Positions 15,604 through 23,582 of a stretch of DNA of 60,328 nt are shown here, piece by piece. Each line of letters opens with the position of its first letter. The stretch's first letter is position 1. The translations under genes were made by a program, and so were the position numbers. The stretch is from Streptomyces virus Wollford (lineage: Duplodnaviria > Heunggongvirae > Uroviricota > Caudoviricetes), in IMG/VR virus record IMGVR_UViG_2974628344_000001, positions 1-60,328 of that record. One strand, written 5' to 3'. The notes below the pieces were generated by a model that did no database searches, had not been told where the DNA came from, and saw only the letters and a list, made by a program, of their open reading frames with translations.

Positions 15604-16228
15604 CCTTTGCCAGATTGTATCTTACGTATTCATTGAAAGCTCTTTCATCATTTTCCCACACCGGGCCAGCATTGGCCTCTTCATACGTCTTATCGTGCTC
15701 TGCCTTTCCAGCATAAGGATGCAGATGCTCAATGTCAACGTGCTCAAGGTAGGTAAGGGTTCCTAGTGCCTCTCCTAGAGCCTTCCAGTAGTTGTCTGCA
15801 AAAAGATGAATAAAGGTTGGCGGAACCATGTACCCAAGTATTTTTACAATACGAGAATCAAGGAATACACCCGTTGGGAGACCTTCTCTCTGATGGCCGT
15901 CATTTGCGTAGGCCACCATATTCACCTTGTAGTGATTGGCGATTTCGATATCCCATCGATATGTCTGAGGAAGAGTGTCATCACCAAGGAAGCCTATGAG
16001 GTCGTAATTGTCTACATGCTCCTTGGCAACTTCATTCAAAGTGCCCACAAGACGCTTTCGAGCACCAACACGAAGAGGAAGATGAGTATTCTGATATTCA
16101 ACCAGTTTTGGATCATCATTGTCTACACAGAAAACAACATCAACTTCTGCTGTGGTATAAATTGCGTGATAAAGTCTTTCAGCTTTGTCTGGTCGTCCTC
16201 TTGTTGGAACGATAACCAATATCTTCAT
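15584..16228 (-). CDS. Glycosyltransferase, GT-A fold (GT2-like)
   Basis: ILVIVPTRGRP, VDNDD, FLGDD, F.HLFADN. Confidence 0.8.
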   Translation of the reverse strand: MKILVIVPTRGRPDKAERLYHAIYTTAEVDVVFCVDNDDPKLVEYQNTHLPLRVGARKRLVGTLNEVAKEHVDNYDLIGFLGDDTLPQTYRWDIEIANHYKVNMVAYANDGHQREGLPTGVFLDSRIVKILGYMVPPTFIHLFADNYWKALGEALGTLTYLEHVDIEHLHPYAGKAEHDKTYEEANAGPVWENDERAFNEYVRYNLAKDVERLA

Positions 16229-16851
16229 GCATAATCCGTTTCTTGTACAATGCTCTTTTCAAGACCTGTGATATATACGAGGTCGGCCCATGTGGGCTTT
16301 GAGCAATATCCATTTAGCTCACCGGCCTTGGCGTACATGTAAAGAGTATCATCGTATTGGCCAGTCAGCCCATCTCTTTCGAGTAAAGCTTTGATCTTTT
16401 TTGCACCGGCCTCGGAATACATCATTGAGACTCCGCCATATCGCTGATAGACCTTCGTAAGACTTTTACTGACTCCGTCTCGACGCTCGTCAAATATCTT
16501 GTCAGAATCTCTTGGTATAAAGAGTGAGAAGAAATCCCAATCATCAGGAAGCTCTTGAATGCGCCGATCAAAATTAAGCTGAAAGTCATCACTCAGCAAG
16601 GCATCATCTTCAAATGTTACGATCGGTGCCTTTTCGAGAGCATTCAATACGCTGTACCAAATGCCCAAATGGCCCAGGCGTGCATCCCAGTTAATTGGAT
16701 ATGGGTGTCTTGCCTGAGCTTCACGTAGCTCTTCTACATTACGACCATCTACCGTGCAAACGCGAACATGCTCCCAGCCTTCTAGCTTTGGGAGCATTTT
16801 CTGAATGTAGTGCAGACGTGAGTAATCTATGCTGAAAATTGTGTATCTCAT
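16225..16851 (-). CDS. Glycosyltransferase, GT25-like
   Basis: VDGR, GHLGIWYS, IVTFEDDA, WDFFSL, GGVSMMYSEAGAKK; start moved to ATG 16851. Confidence 0.75.
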   Translation of the reverse strand: MRYTIFSIDYSRLHYIQKMLPKLEGWEHVRVCTVDGRNVEELREAQARHPYPINWDARLGHLGIWYSVLNALEKAPIVTFEDDALLSDDFQLNFDRRIQELPDDWDFFSLFIPRDSDKIFDERRDGVSKSLTKVYQRYGGVSMMYSEAGAKKIKALLERDGLTGQYDDTLYMYAKAGELNGYCSKPTWADLVYITGLEKSIVQETDYA

Positions 16852-16854
16852 AAG

Positions 16855-16927
16855 ATCCCCGCCTCGGATTCGAACCGAGAATTCTTCCTTACGAGGGAAG
16901 TGTGTTGCCATTTACTACTAACGGGGC
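16855..16927 (-). tRNA. Degenerate tRNA-Thr(CGT)
   Basis: Cloverleaf folded by hand: anticodon arm CTTCC-CTCGTAA-GGAAG, T arm CTCGG-TTCGAAT-CCGAG; G1.A72 mismatch, bulged D-stem, no CCA. Confidence 0.7.
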
Positions 16928-16936
16928 ACAGTGGAA

Positions 16937-17404
16937 TCAGAGCTTCCACCAGGCTCTTCTACGACGACGATGGACTTTTCTGTTAACTACGCTCAGTATA
17001 CACAAGACAGTAGCTATCGTCAACACGAACGGTGCTGCGCTGACATACCACAGGATTGCTGTGACAGAGAAAAGAACTAATCTCGTCTTCCATAGCAGAG
17101 AAATGCCTGGCCTTCTTGGGGCTGGTCGGCTACTTCCTGCAAATCTTGCACCTTTGCTTTGATTGCATCTCAAATGAGCAAGAGCAACATTTCCCCATAC
17201 ATGACCCGGTGAGTCCTTTCTCCAACTCAAAGGAACGATGTGATCAAGAGAAGCAGATCTTGGATGTGGATACTTTAATGACTGGCGCACGCGCTTGCCA
17301 CAAAGATGACACTTCCAACCTGACTGTTGATACACCGCCCGGCGGGTAATGGATGGATCATATGCAACTCCATACTCTCTGCAACGATCCTCATCAGTTT
17401 TCAT
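16937..17404 (-). CDS. HNH endonuclease with two C-terminal TM helices
   Basis: CHLCG...SLDHIVPLS...GHVWGNVALAHLRCNQSKG, then two hydrophobic helices and an Arg-rich tail. Confidence 0.8.
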   Translation of the reverse strand: MKTDEDRCREYGVAYDPSITRRAVYQQSGWKCHLCGKRVRQSLKYPHPRSASLDHIVPLSWRKDSPGHVWGNVALAHLRCNQSKGARFAGSSRPAPRRPGISLLWKTRLVLFSVTAILWYVSAAPFVLTIATVLCILSVVNRKVHRRRRRAWWKL

Positions 17405-17444
17405 ATGAGAATAATAACATCAAAGGCGAATTTTCACAAAGGGC

Positions 17445-17999
17445 TCAGTACCAGCCCTTACGCTTGAAATGACTCCACGCATTACAGGGAGTTCCATAGC
17501 GAGGATAGATATACTTGTGCAGTCCCCAATTGATCTGGGTACGAGCATTGGTCTTCCAGTCCTTACCAGCACTGGCCATCTTTGTAGCAGGTAGCGCCTG
17601 GGGAATTCCATAAGCCCCAGAGTAGGGATTCTTTGCCTTGTAATTCCAAGAAGACTCCTTGATCCAAAGATTGTTCAGACAAGGCCACTGAGTCTTGTAA
17701 GTCTTCTTGTATGTTCCCTTGATCTTGCTGTAAGCATAATCCTTACTGCTCTTGACTGAGTTTGAATATGCAACAGGTGAAGCATTCAAGGTCACAGGCG
17801 GCGTGATCTTTGGAACATTTACAACAGGTGATTCATTTGTGCTTGGTGTCGCCTTTGGTGAGACTGACTGGGTAACATTAGGCTTTTCAGCCTCAAGCGG
17901 TAGTGCTCCCATATCTGATGCTGCCTGTGCAAATACTGCTGCCGCAACACCTAGACAAAGGGCCATGCTTGCTATGTTGCCCTTCATTTTCTGATCCAT
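17445..17999 (-). CDS. Secreted lytic transglycosylase (SLT-like)
   Basis: Signal peptide; CLNNLWIKESSWNYKAKNPYSGAYGIPQALP...YI..RYGTPC.AW. Confidence 0.85.
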   Translation of the reverse strand: MDQKMKGNIASMALCLGVAAAVFAQAASDMGALPLEAEKPNVTQSVSPKATPSTNESPVVNVPKITPPVTLNASPVAYSNSVKSSKDYAYSKIKGTYKKTYKTQWPCLNNLWIKESSWNYKAKNPYSGAYGIPQALPATKMASAGKDWKTNARTQINWGLHKYIYPRYGTPCNAWSHFKRKGWY

Positions 18000-18091
18000 C
18001 GGTTAACCTCCAGTTTGCGGGCTCTTGCCCGGCGTGAGATAAAACTCTACCGGAGTTACCAATTGGTGTCAACCTTGTAACCGTTCTGTAA

Positions 18092-18259
18092 TCAGTTAAG
18101 TACAGAGACATACTTAACGATTTGAACGTTCTTTGCACCATCCTCTTCAAGGATAGCCTTTTCGACACGAGCCTGACGAATTGGATAGAGAGCGTCAGTT
18201 TCGTATGACTTGCCATCAAGTTCATACTTGAGGTAGTAACGATCTACGTTCTGCATCAT
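18092..18259 (-). CDS. Hypothetical protein, 55 aa (MMQNVDRYYLKYELDG...)
   Basis: Translated by hand; GGAAGG RBS; ATGA coupling. Confidence 0.65.
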   Translation of the reverse strand: MMQNVDRYYLKYELDGKSYETDALYPIRQARVEKAILEEDGAKNVQIVKYVSVLN

Positions 18260-18408
18260 TTTTCCTTCCGATGATTGACATTGAAGTCTGTGATTCCGAC
18301 CTTCTTCAAATGAACAGATAATTCATCAAGTTCTTTCAGAGATCGAATAATCTTCTTTTGATACTTACCCTTGTTATCTGTATAAGTAACTATCCAGATA
18401 TCTTTCAT
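18256..18408 (-). CDS. Hypothetical protein, 50 aa (MKDIWIVTYTDNKGK...)
   Basis: Translated by hand; AAGGA RBS. Confidence 0.65.
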   Translation of the reverse strand: MKDIWIVTYTDNKGKYQKKIIRSLKELDELSVHLKKVGITDFNVNHRKEK

Positions 18409-18624
18409 ATTACTTCCTTGAGTTAGTAATCTAAGGTATTTAATGACTTACGTAGTAAGTCATCTCAATCTCGTTAGAGATTGAGTTAGTAATTTATATA
18501 GTCCCGTTTATGTAATAAACGGGTCTTACTACCCCTAGGAGTTGTACATCCAAGGAAGCAGCCAGTGAAGGAGTGGCAAGACCCGAAGAATCCACGCGAT
18601 CATGATCTGGACTTACGGAGGCAT

Positions 18625-18744
18625 AAAAAATGACCCCTCGGAAGGGGTCTTAATCAATCCGAGGGGTCAAAACATCCTCGGAAAGCTGGCGGACTATCCA
18701 AGGAGGACGTTAAGTTCAAATGAGGGGCCGCCAGACACCTTCCT
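18625..18744 (-). ncRNA. Candidate ~120-nt small RNA or attenuated leader
   Basis: Promoter TTGACA(18779-18774)-17-TACCTT; stem CTGGCGG/CCGCCAG; terminator GACCCC/GGGGTC followed by ATTTTTT. Confidence 0.4.
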
Positions 18745-18750
18745 ACTTAG

Positions 18751-18820
18751 AAGGTAACACGTCTAGGCTGCCGTGTCAAATGAGTGAAGGTTGAGTCATA
18801 GCTCAACCAACTGATATAAT
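18751..18820. promoter_or_regulatory. Back-to-back divergent promoters
   Basis: Leftward TTGACA-17-TACCTT (18779-18751); rightward TTGAGT-18-TATAAT (18791-18820). Confidence 0.65.
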
Positions 18821-18863
18821 CGTAACACAGCTCAAAGAGCATGTCAACGACGAAAGGACGACA

Positions 18864-19832
18864 ATGGATATCAGTTTCTCCACTATTCCAGGCAATCTTA
18901 ACACAACTATTGGTTATGGAGTTGCTGGATTCAACATGGTTAGAAGTCTGCAAAATCTGGGACACCGGGTTCCGTTCGCAGACAAGAATTGCAAGATCGA
19001 GATCTTCTTCTCACAGCCAGATTACTGGGAATGGTCTAACCAACTAGGTTATCATATCGGATATACACCGTGGGAGTCAACCCAATTGCCACCGGGCTGG
19101 CTTGAACAGATGAACTGTGCTGATGAGGTATGGACCACTAGTGATCTTATTCAGCGATGGTACACACGGGCCGGTGTGAAGAATGTTAAAGTTTATCCAC
19201 ATGGTATTGATCCACAGTGGACTCCGAAGAAGCGCAAGGTCTATACAAAGATGAAGTTCCTTCACATGGGAGAGCCTGCACCTCGAAAGGGCGGACAGAT
19301 GGCCCTTGATGCATTCCGTGCTGCGTTCGGAGACAGAGATGACGTAGAACTAACGATCAAGGCGCATCGCATCAATTCAGTGCGAAGGATAAACTCTGGA
19401 AGGATAGTAGGGTCTCCCGATGAGTACAGCAACGTCAAGCTAGTTACCAAGGAGTTCCCAGAAGACCTTCTTGTGGGCTTTGTACAGCAGCACCACGTAA
19501 TGGTTTATCCAAGTTGGGGAGAAGGCTTCGGTCTTATTCCTTTTCAGGCTATCGCCACTGGAATGCCAACGATCTGCACAGCTAAGTGGGCTCATTACAA
19601 AGACTACCTTGGACCTTTGGGTCTGTCATCTACTCTTGTTGATTCACCGTGGCCTGGTGTTCATCCAGGAAAGATGCTCAAGCCTGACTTTGATGAGCTT
19701 GTAGATCTGTACAGATATGCATACGACAACTTCTCTGACTTGAGCAACAGATTCTACGCTCAGGCACCCATTTTGCACGCTGAGTACAACTGGGAAAGCC
19801 TCACTAAGCAAGCGTTTAGTCACTTGATTTAA
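18864..19832 (+). CDS. Glycosyltransferase, GT-B fold (GT4-like)
   Basis: GYTPWES, PHGID, RKGG, YPSWGEGFGLIPFQAIATGMP. Confidence 0.88.
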   Translation: MDISFSTIPGNLNTTIGYGVAGFNMVRSLQNLGHRVPFADKNCKIEIFFSQPDYWEWSNQLGYHIGYTPWESTQLPPGWLEQMNCADEVWTTSDLIQRWYTRAGVKNVKVYPHGIDPQWTPKKRKVYTKMKFLHMGEPAPRKGGQMALDAFRAAFGDRDDVELTIKAHRINSVRRINSGRIVGSPDEYSNVKLVTKEFPEDLLVGFVQQHHVMVYPSWGEGFGLIPFQAIATGMPTICTAKWAHYKDYLGPLGLSSTLVDSPWPGVHPGKMLKPDFDELVDLYRYAYDNFSDLSNRFYAQAPILHAEYNWESLTKQAFSHLI

Positions 19833-19911
19833 GCTGCTAGATAAGGTAGCATAGTATAACTACGCGATGATAGGCCGCATGAAAGTGCGGCCAGAAGGAG
19901 TTTTCTTTTTG

Positions 19912-21852
19912 ATGTATGACGAGCAGGGTTTTCTTTCAGACCCTTACCAGAACTTTATTCATACCAGTAGGTATGCGCGGTGGCTAGAGGACAAGGGCCG
20001 CCGCGAAAATTTTGTAGAAACAACTGAGCGCTATCTCAATTACATGATCGATAGCCTCAAGAAGAACCACAACTACGACGTTCCACAGGACCACCTTGAT
20101 TTAGTACGTGAGCAGATGCTGAATCAGGGTGTTGTTTCTTCTATGCGTGCCCTTATGACTGCTGGGCCCGCACTAGATCGAGACAATGTTGCTGCATACA
20201 ACTGCTCCTATCTTCCAATCGATGATGTTAGAGCATTTGACGAGACTCTGTACATTCTCATGAATGGAACCGGTGTAGGATTCTCCGTTGAAGAGAAGTA
20301 TGTACGTAAGCTTCCTGTGATTGCGGAAGAGTTCGAAGCCACAGAGACAGTGATCAAGGTTGCTGACTCAAAGGAAGGCTGGGCAAGAGCATATCGTGAA
20401 CTTCTAAGTCTTCTATGGGGTGGAAGAGTTCCACGCTGGGATACTTCAAAGGTTCGCCCGGCGGGTGCAAGGCTAAAGACTTTTGGTGGCCGAGCGAGCG
20501 GTCCTGGTCCACTAGAGCAGCTATTCCAGTTCACTATTGATGTATTTACAAAGGCTGCCGGTCGTCAGCTCACGTCCCTTGAGGCTCATGATCTTGTATG
20601 TAAGATTGCAGAAGTAGTTGTTGTTGGTGGAGTTCGTAGAAGCGCTCTGATCTCACTTAGCGATCTAAGCGACCTGAGAATGGCCACAGCAAAAGCAGGA
20701 AACTGGTGGGAGAACAACCCTCAGCGTGCTTTGGCTAATAACTCAGTAGCCTACACGAGCAAGCCTGACATGACTGCTTTCATGGCTGAATGGAAGAATC
20801 TCTACGACTCCAAGTCTGGAGAGCGTGGAATCTTCAACAGGCAGGCAGCAATCAATCAGGTTCGCAAGAACGAGAGGCGAGATGGTAATTTCGACTTTGG
20901 AACTAATCCATGCAGTGAGATTATCCTTCGACCTAATCAATTCTGTAATCTAACGGAAGTGATCATTCGTCCGGATGACACTGTAGAAACTCTGATGCTC
21001 AAGGTCAAGGCCGCAACGATCATTGGAACATGGCAGTCAACTCTGACTAACTTCAAGTATCTCCGCAAGATCTGGAAGAAGAACACTGAGGAAGAAAGAC
21101 TACTTGGTGTTTCTCTGACTGGTCAGTTCGGAAATAGACTTATGAGCGGTCAGGAAGGAATCAAGGAGCTAAAGGATACTCTTGAGGCTCTGAGATACAA
21201 GGCTATTGCGACAAACGCTGAGGTTGCCGAGGCAATCGGAATTCCTCAGTCTGCTGCAATTACCTGTGTAAAGCCTTCTGGAACGGTTTCACAGCGAGCT
21301 GGTGTTCCAAGTGGTATGCACACGGAACACGATGAGTTTTACATCAGAACTGTAAGAGGGGACAACAAGGATTCTCTTACTCAGTTCCTTAAGGACTCAG
21401 GGATTCCAAACGAGCCTGACGTAATGAAGCCGAATGACACAACAGTCTTTAGCTTCCCCAAGAAGGCGGCTGACGGAGCATTGACCAGGAACGATCTTAC
21501 TGCCATTGAGCACCTTGAAATCTGGTTGACATATCAGCGATCATGGTGTGAGCACAAGCCATCTATTACTGTTTCTGTAAAGGAGCACGAATGGATGGAA
21601 GTGGGAGCTTGGGTTTACAAGCACTTTGATGAAGTGTCTGGAATCTCATTCCTTCCATTCTCTGAGCACACTTATAAGCAGGCTCCTTATCAGACCATTA
21701 CGGAAGCTGAATACAAGGAATGGCTTGCAAAGATGCCTGAGAAGATCGAATGGGACCTTCTTCCAACTTACGAATCAGAAGACAATACGACTGGTTCACA
21801 AGAGCTTGCTTGCAGTGCAGCAGGCGGATGTGAAGTAGTAGATATTAGCTGA
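19912..21852 (+). CDS. nrdJ: Class II (adenosylcobalamin-dependent) ribonucleotide reductase
   Basis: YNCSY, GTGVGFS, GGVRRSA, TNPCSEI, CNLTE, TCVKPSGT, C-terminal Cys pair CSAAGGC. Confidence 0.92.
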   Translation: MYDEQGFLSDPYQNFIHTSRYARWLEDKGRRENFVETTERYLNYMIDSLKKNHNYDVPQDHLDLVREQMLNQGVVSSMRALMTAGPALDRDNVAAYNCSYLPIDDVRAFDETLYILMNGTGVGFSVEEKYVRKLPVIAEEFEATETVIKVADSKEGWARAYRELLSLLWGGRVPRWDTSKVRPAGARLKTFGGRASGPGPLEQLFQFTIDVFTKAAGRQLTSLEAHDLVCKIAEVVVVGGVRRSALISLSDLSDLRMATAKAGNWWENNPQRALANNSVAYTSKPDMTAFMAEWKNLYDSKSGERGIFNRQAAINQVRKNERRDGNFDFGTNPCSEIILRPNQFCNLTEVIIRPDDTVETLMLKVKAATIIGTWQSTLTNFKYLRKIWKKNTEEERLLGVSLTGQFGNRLMSGQEGIKELKDTLEALRYKAIATNAEVAEAIGIPQSAAITCVKPSGTVSQRAGVPSGMHTEHDEFYIRTVRGDNKDSLTQFLKDSGIPNEPDVMKPNDTTVFSFPKKAADGALTRNDLTAIEHLEIWLTYQRSWCEHKPSITVSVKEHEWMEVGAWVYKHFDEVSGISFLPFSEHTYKQAPYQTITEAEYKEWLAKMPEKIEWDLLPTYESEDNTTGSQELACSAAGGCEVVDIS

Positions 21853-21857
21853 AAATT

Positions 21858-21892
21858 GCCCGGCGTTATTGAGCGCCGGGCTTTTGCTTTTT
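21858..21892 (+). terminator. Intrinsic terminator after nrdJ; its U-tract doubles as a -35
   Basis: GCCCGGCG/CGCCGGGC stem followed by TTTTGCTTTTT; TTGCTT(21884)-17-TAGACT(21907). Confidence 0.8.
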
Positions 21893-21937
21893 AATTCCAG
21901 CAGGCATAGACTATAGCCGAAGGAGGTGAACGACAAT

Positions 21938-22957
21938 ATGGCAACACCAATGAGTCCCGCTCAGCTAGAGGCACAGCTAAAGAAGTGGGGCGTAAAGTAT
22001 TCAAAGTACAAGAGCTGGTCAAGTCACAACAGAAACAGTAAGGGTAAGTGGGGTCCTGTAAACGGATTCATGGTTCATCACACTGGATCTGACGGCAAGG
22101 ATCAGAGAGATCTTCTTTACAATGGAATTTCTGGACTACCAGGACCACTATGTCACTTTGGTCTGGCTCAGGACGGAACTGTCTGGCTAATTGGATGGGG
22201 ACGTGCTAACCATGCTGGACTTGGAGATCCTGATGTTATGAGCGCAGTAATGAATGAAAACTATGGAGCCAATCCACCAGTTGACAATGAGTCCTCTGTT
22301 GATGGTAATGCTCGATTCTATGGAGTTGAGATTTGGTATTCAGGTTCTCACGCAATGAGCACTGCTCAGTATGCAGCTCTACGTAAGCTTGCTGCCGCTA
22401 TTTGTGATTTCCACAAGTGGTCAGAGAAGTCAGTAATTGGTCACGGTGAATGGGGAAGCCCAGGAAAGTGGGACCCAGGTATTTCATCTGGACGAATGAT
22501 GAATATGGCAGAGGTAAGAGCAGATATCAAGTCCACTCTTGGAGGAAAGAGCACGACTCCTACTCCACCAAAGCCAGTGCCAACAAAGCCAGCAGATTCC
22601 GTTTCAACTCACACAGTTGCAAAGGGAGACACACTTTGGTCTATTGCTGATAAGTACAAGACCAGCGTTCCAAATCTGATGAGATGGAATGAGCTGAAGA
22701 CTGATGAGCTTGATATTGGTCAGAAGCTACGAGTAAAGGCGCCAGCAACGGGAGGTGGAAACGTGGCAACCAAGAGCGAAGTATATAAGCAGGTTTGGGA
22801 TACTGATGCTGCTACAGCACCAGAAGGTTATGGTACCAAGGAAAACCCAACCTGGGCTCCAATCAATATTCTAAGAGAAGTTTACGAAGAGGTTCGTACT
22901 CTACGTAAGCAGATGGATGCTCTTACAAAGAAGGTTGACGAGCTAGCTAAGAAGTGA
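21938..22957 (+). CDS. Endolysin: N-acetylmuramoyl-L-alanine amidase plus LysM
   Basis: MVHHTG, RANHAG, YGVEI, VIGHGEW, KWDPG; LysM HTVAKGDTLWSIADKY...N.L...L.IGQKL; GGAGG RBS. Confidence 0.9.
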   Translation: MATPMSPAQLEAQLKKWGVKYSKYKSWSSHNRNSKGKWGPVNGFMVHHTGSDGKDQRDLLYNGISGLPGPLCHFGLAQDGTVWLIGWGRANHAGLGDPDVMSAVMNENYGANPPVDNESSVDGNARFYGVEIWYSGSHAMSTAQYAALRKLAAAICDFHKWSEKSVIGHGEWGSPGKWDPGISSGRMMNMAEVRADIKSTLGGKSTTPTPPKPVPTKPADSVSTHTVAKGDTLWSIADKYKTSVPNLMRWNELKTDELDIGQKLRVKAPATGGGNVATKSEVYKQVWDTDAATAPEGYGTKENPTWAPINILREVYEEVRTLRKQMDALTKKVDELAKK

Positions 22958-23038
22958 TATCATCTTAATACAGCCTATGGAAATGAGTCCGGGTTGTCTA
23001 GGGCGCTGCGTGCGGCGCTACTTAGGATGAGTTATACG

Positions 23039-23092
23039 ATACCAGGATACCCCCTCTTCGGAGGGGGTTTTCCTGTGGTATACTTATCTTGT
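23039..23092 (+). terminator. Long hairpin terminator after the endolysin gene
   Basis: CCCCCTC-TTCG-GAGGGGG followed by TTTT, extended by ATACCAGGA/TCCTG(T)GGTAT. Confidence 0.7.
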
Positions 23093-23130
23093 AATTAAAT
23101 CATCCTAGGAATTGACTTTCTAGGAGAAAA

Positions 23131-23520
23131 ATGGACGTCTGTTTGAAGTGCGGTGGCACTTTTAGGATTGAAGATTTGTGTAAGGATGCTTCTGACAAAA
23201 GAGGATATCGAAGAAGGTGCAAGGGTTGTCAGCGTGAAATCATGTTGGGCAAGTGCACCGGAAAGAATTCTACTAATTACAAGAAGCGCGACTTGATTAG
23301 AGCGGCCAAAAGTAAGCCGTGTATAGATTGTGGAGTATCATACCCATATTACGTCATGGATTTTGACCATCTTCCGCAATATGAAAAGAAGTTTCAGCTC
23401 GGAAAGTATATTCAATATTCAATTGCTGATATTGAGAAAGAAATTTTGAAGTGTGAAGTCGTATGCGCAAATTGTCATAGATTCAGAACGCATGATAGAG
23501 GATACACTATCCCTGAGTGA
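23131..23520 (+). CDS. HNH endonuclease
   Basis: CIDCG...MDFDH...CEVVCANCHRFRTH. Confidence 0.85.
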   Translation: MDVCLKCGGTFRIEDLCKDASDKRGYRRRCKGCQREIMLGKCTGKNSTNYKKRDLIRAAKSKPCIDCGVSYPYYVMDFDHLPQYEKKFQLGKYIQYSIADIEKEILKCEVVCANCHRFRTHDRGYTIPE

Positions 23521-23582
23521 ATTACCGCATTGGCCGGGTCTTCGGACTCGGCCTTTTGCGTTTTTCGTGCTAAAATCATTAC

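Noticed and set aside
19873-19892. Hairpin GGCCGCA/TGCGGCC upstream of nrdJ as a cobalamin riboswitch
   Set aside because: Far too short and lacks B12-box features; at most a simple leader hairpin
19912-21852. Intein or intron in NrdJ (also checked in DnaB and the visible part of DnaE)
   Set aside because: Lengths and motif spacing look normal; no splicing motifs or interruptions seen
22960-23520. Group I intron or hammerhead associated with the HNH gene after the endolysin
   Set aside because: The endolysin ORF is complete; no P7/catalytic core or CUGANGA/GAAA motifs found
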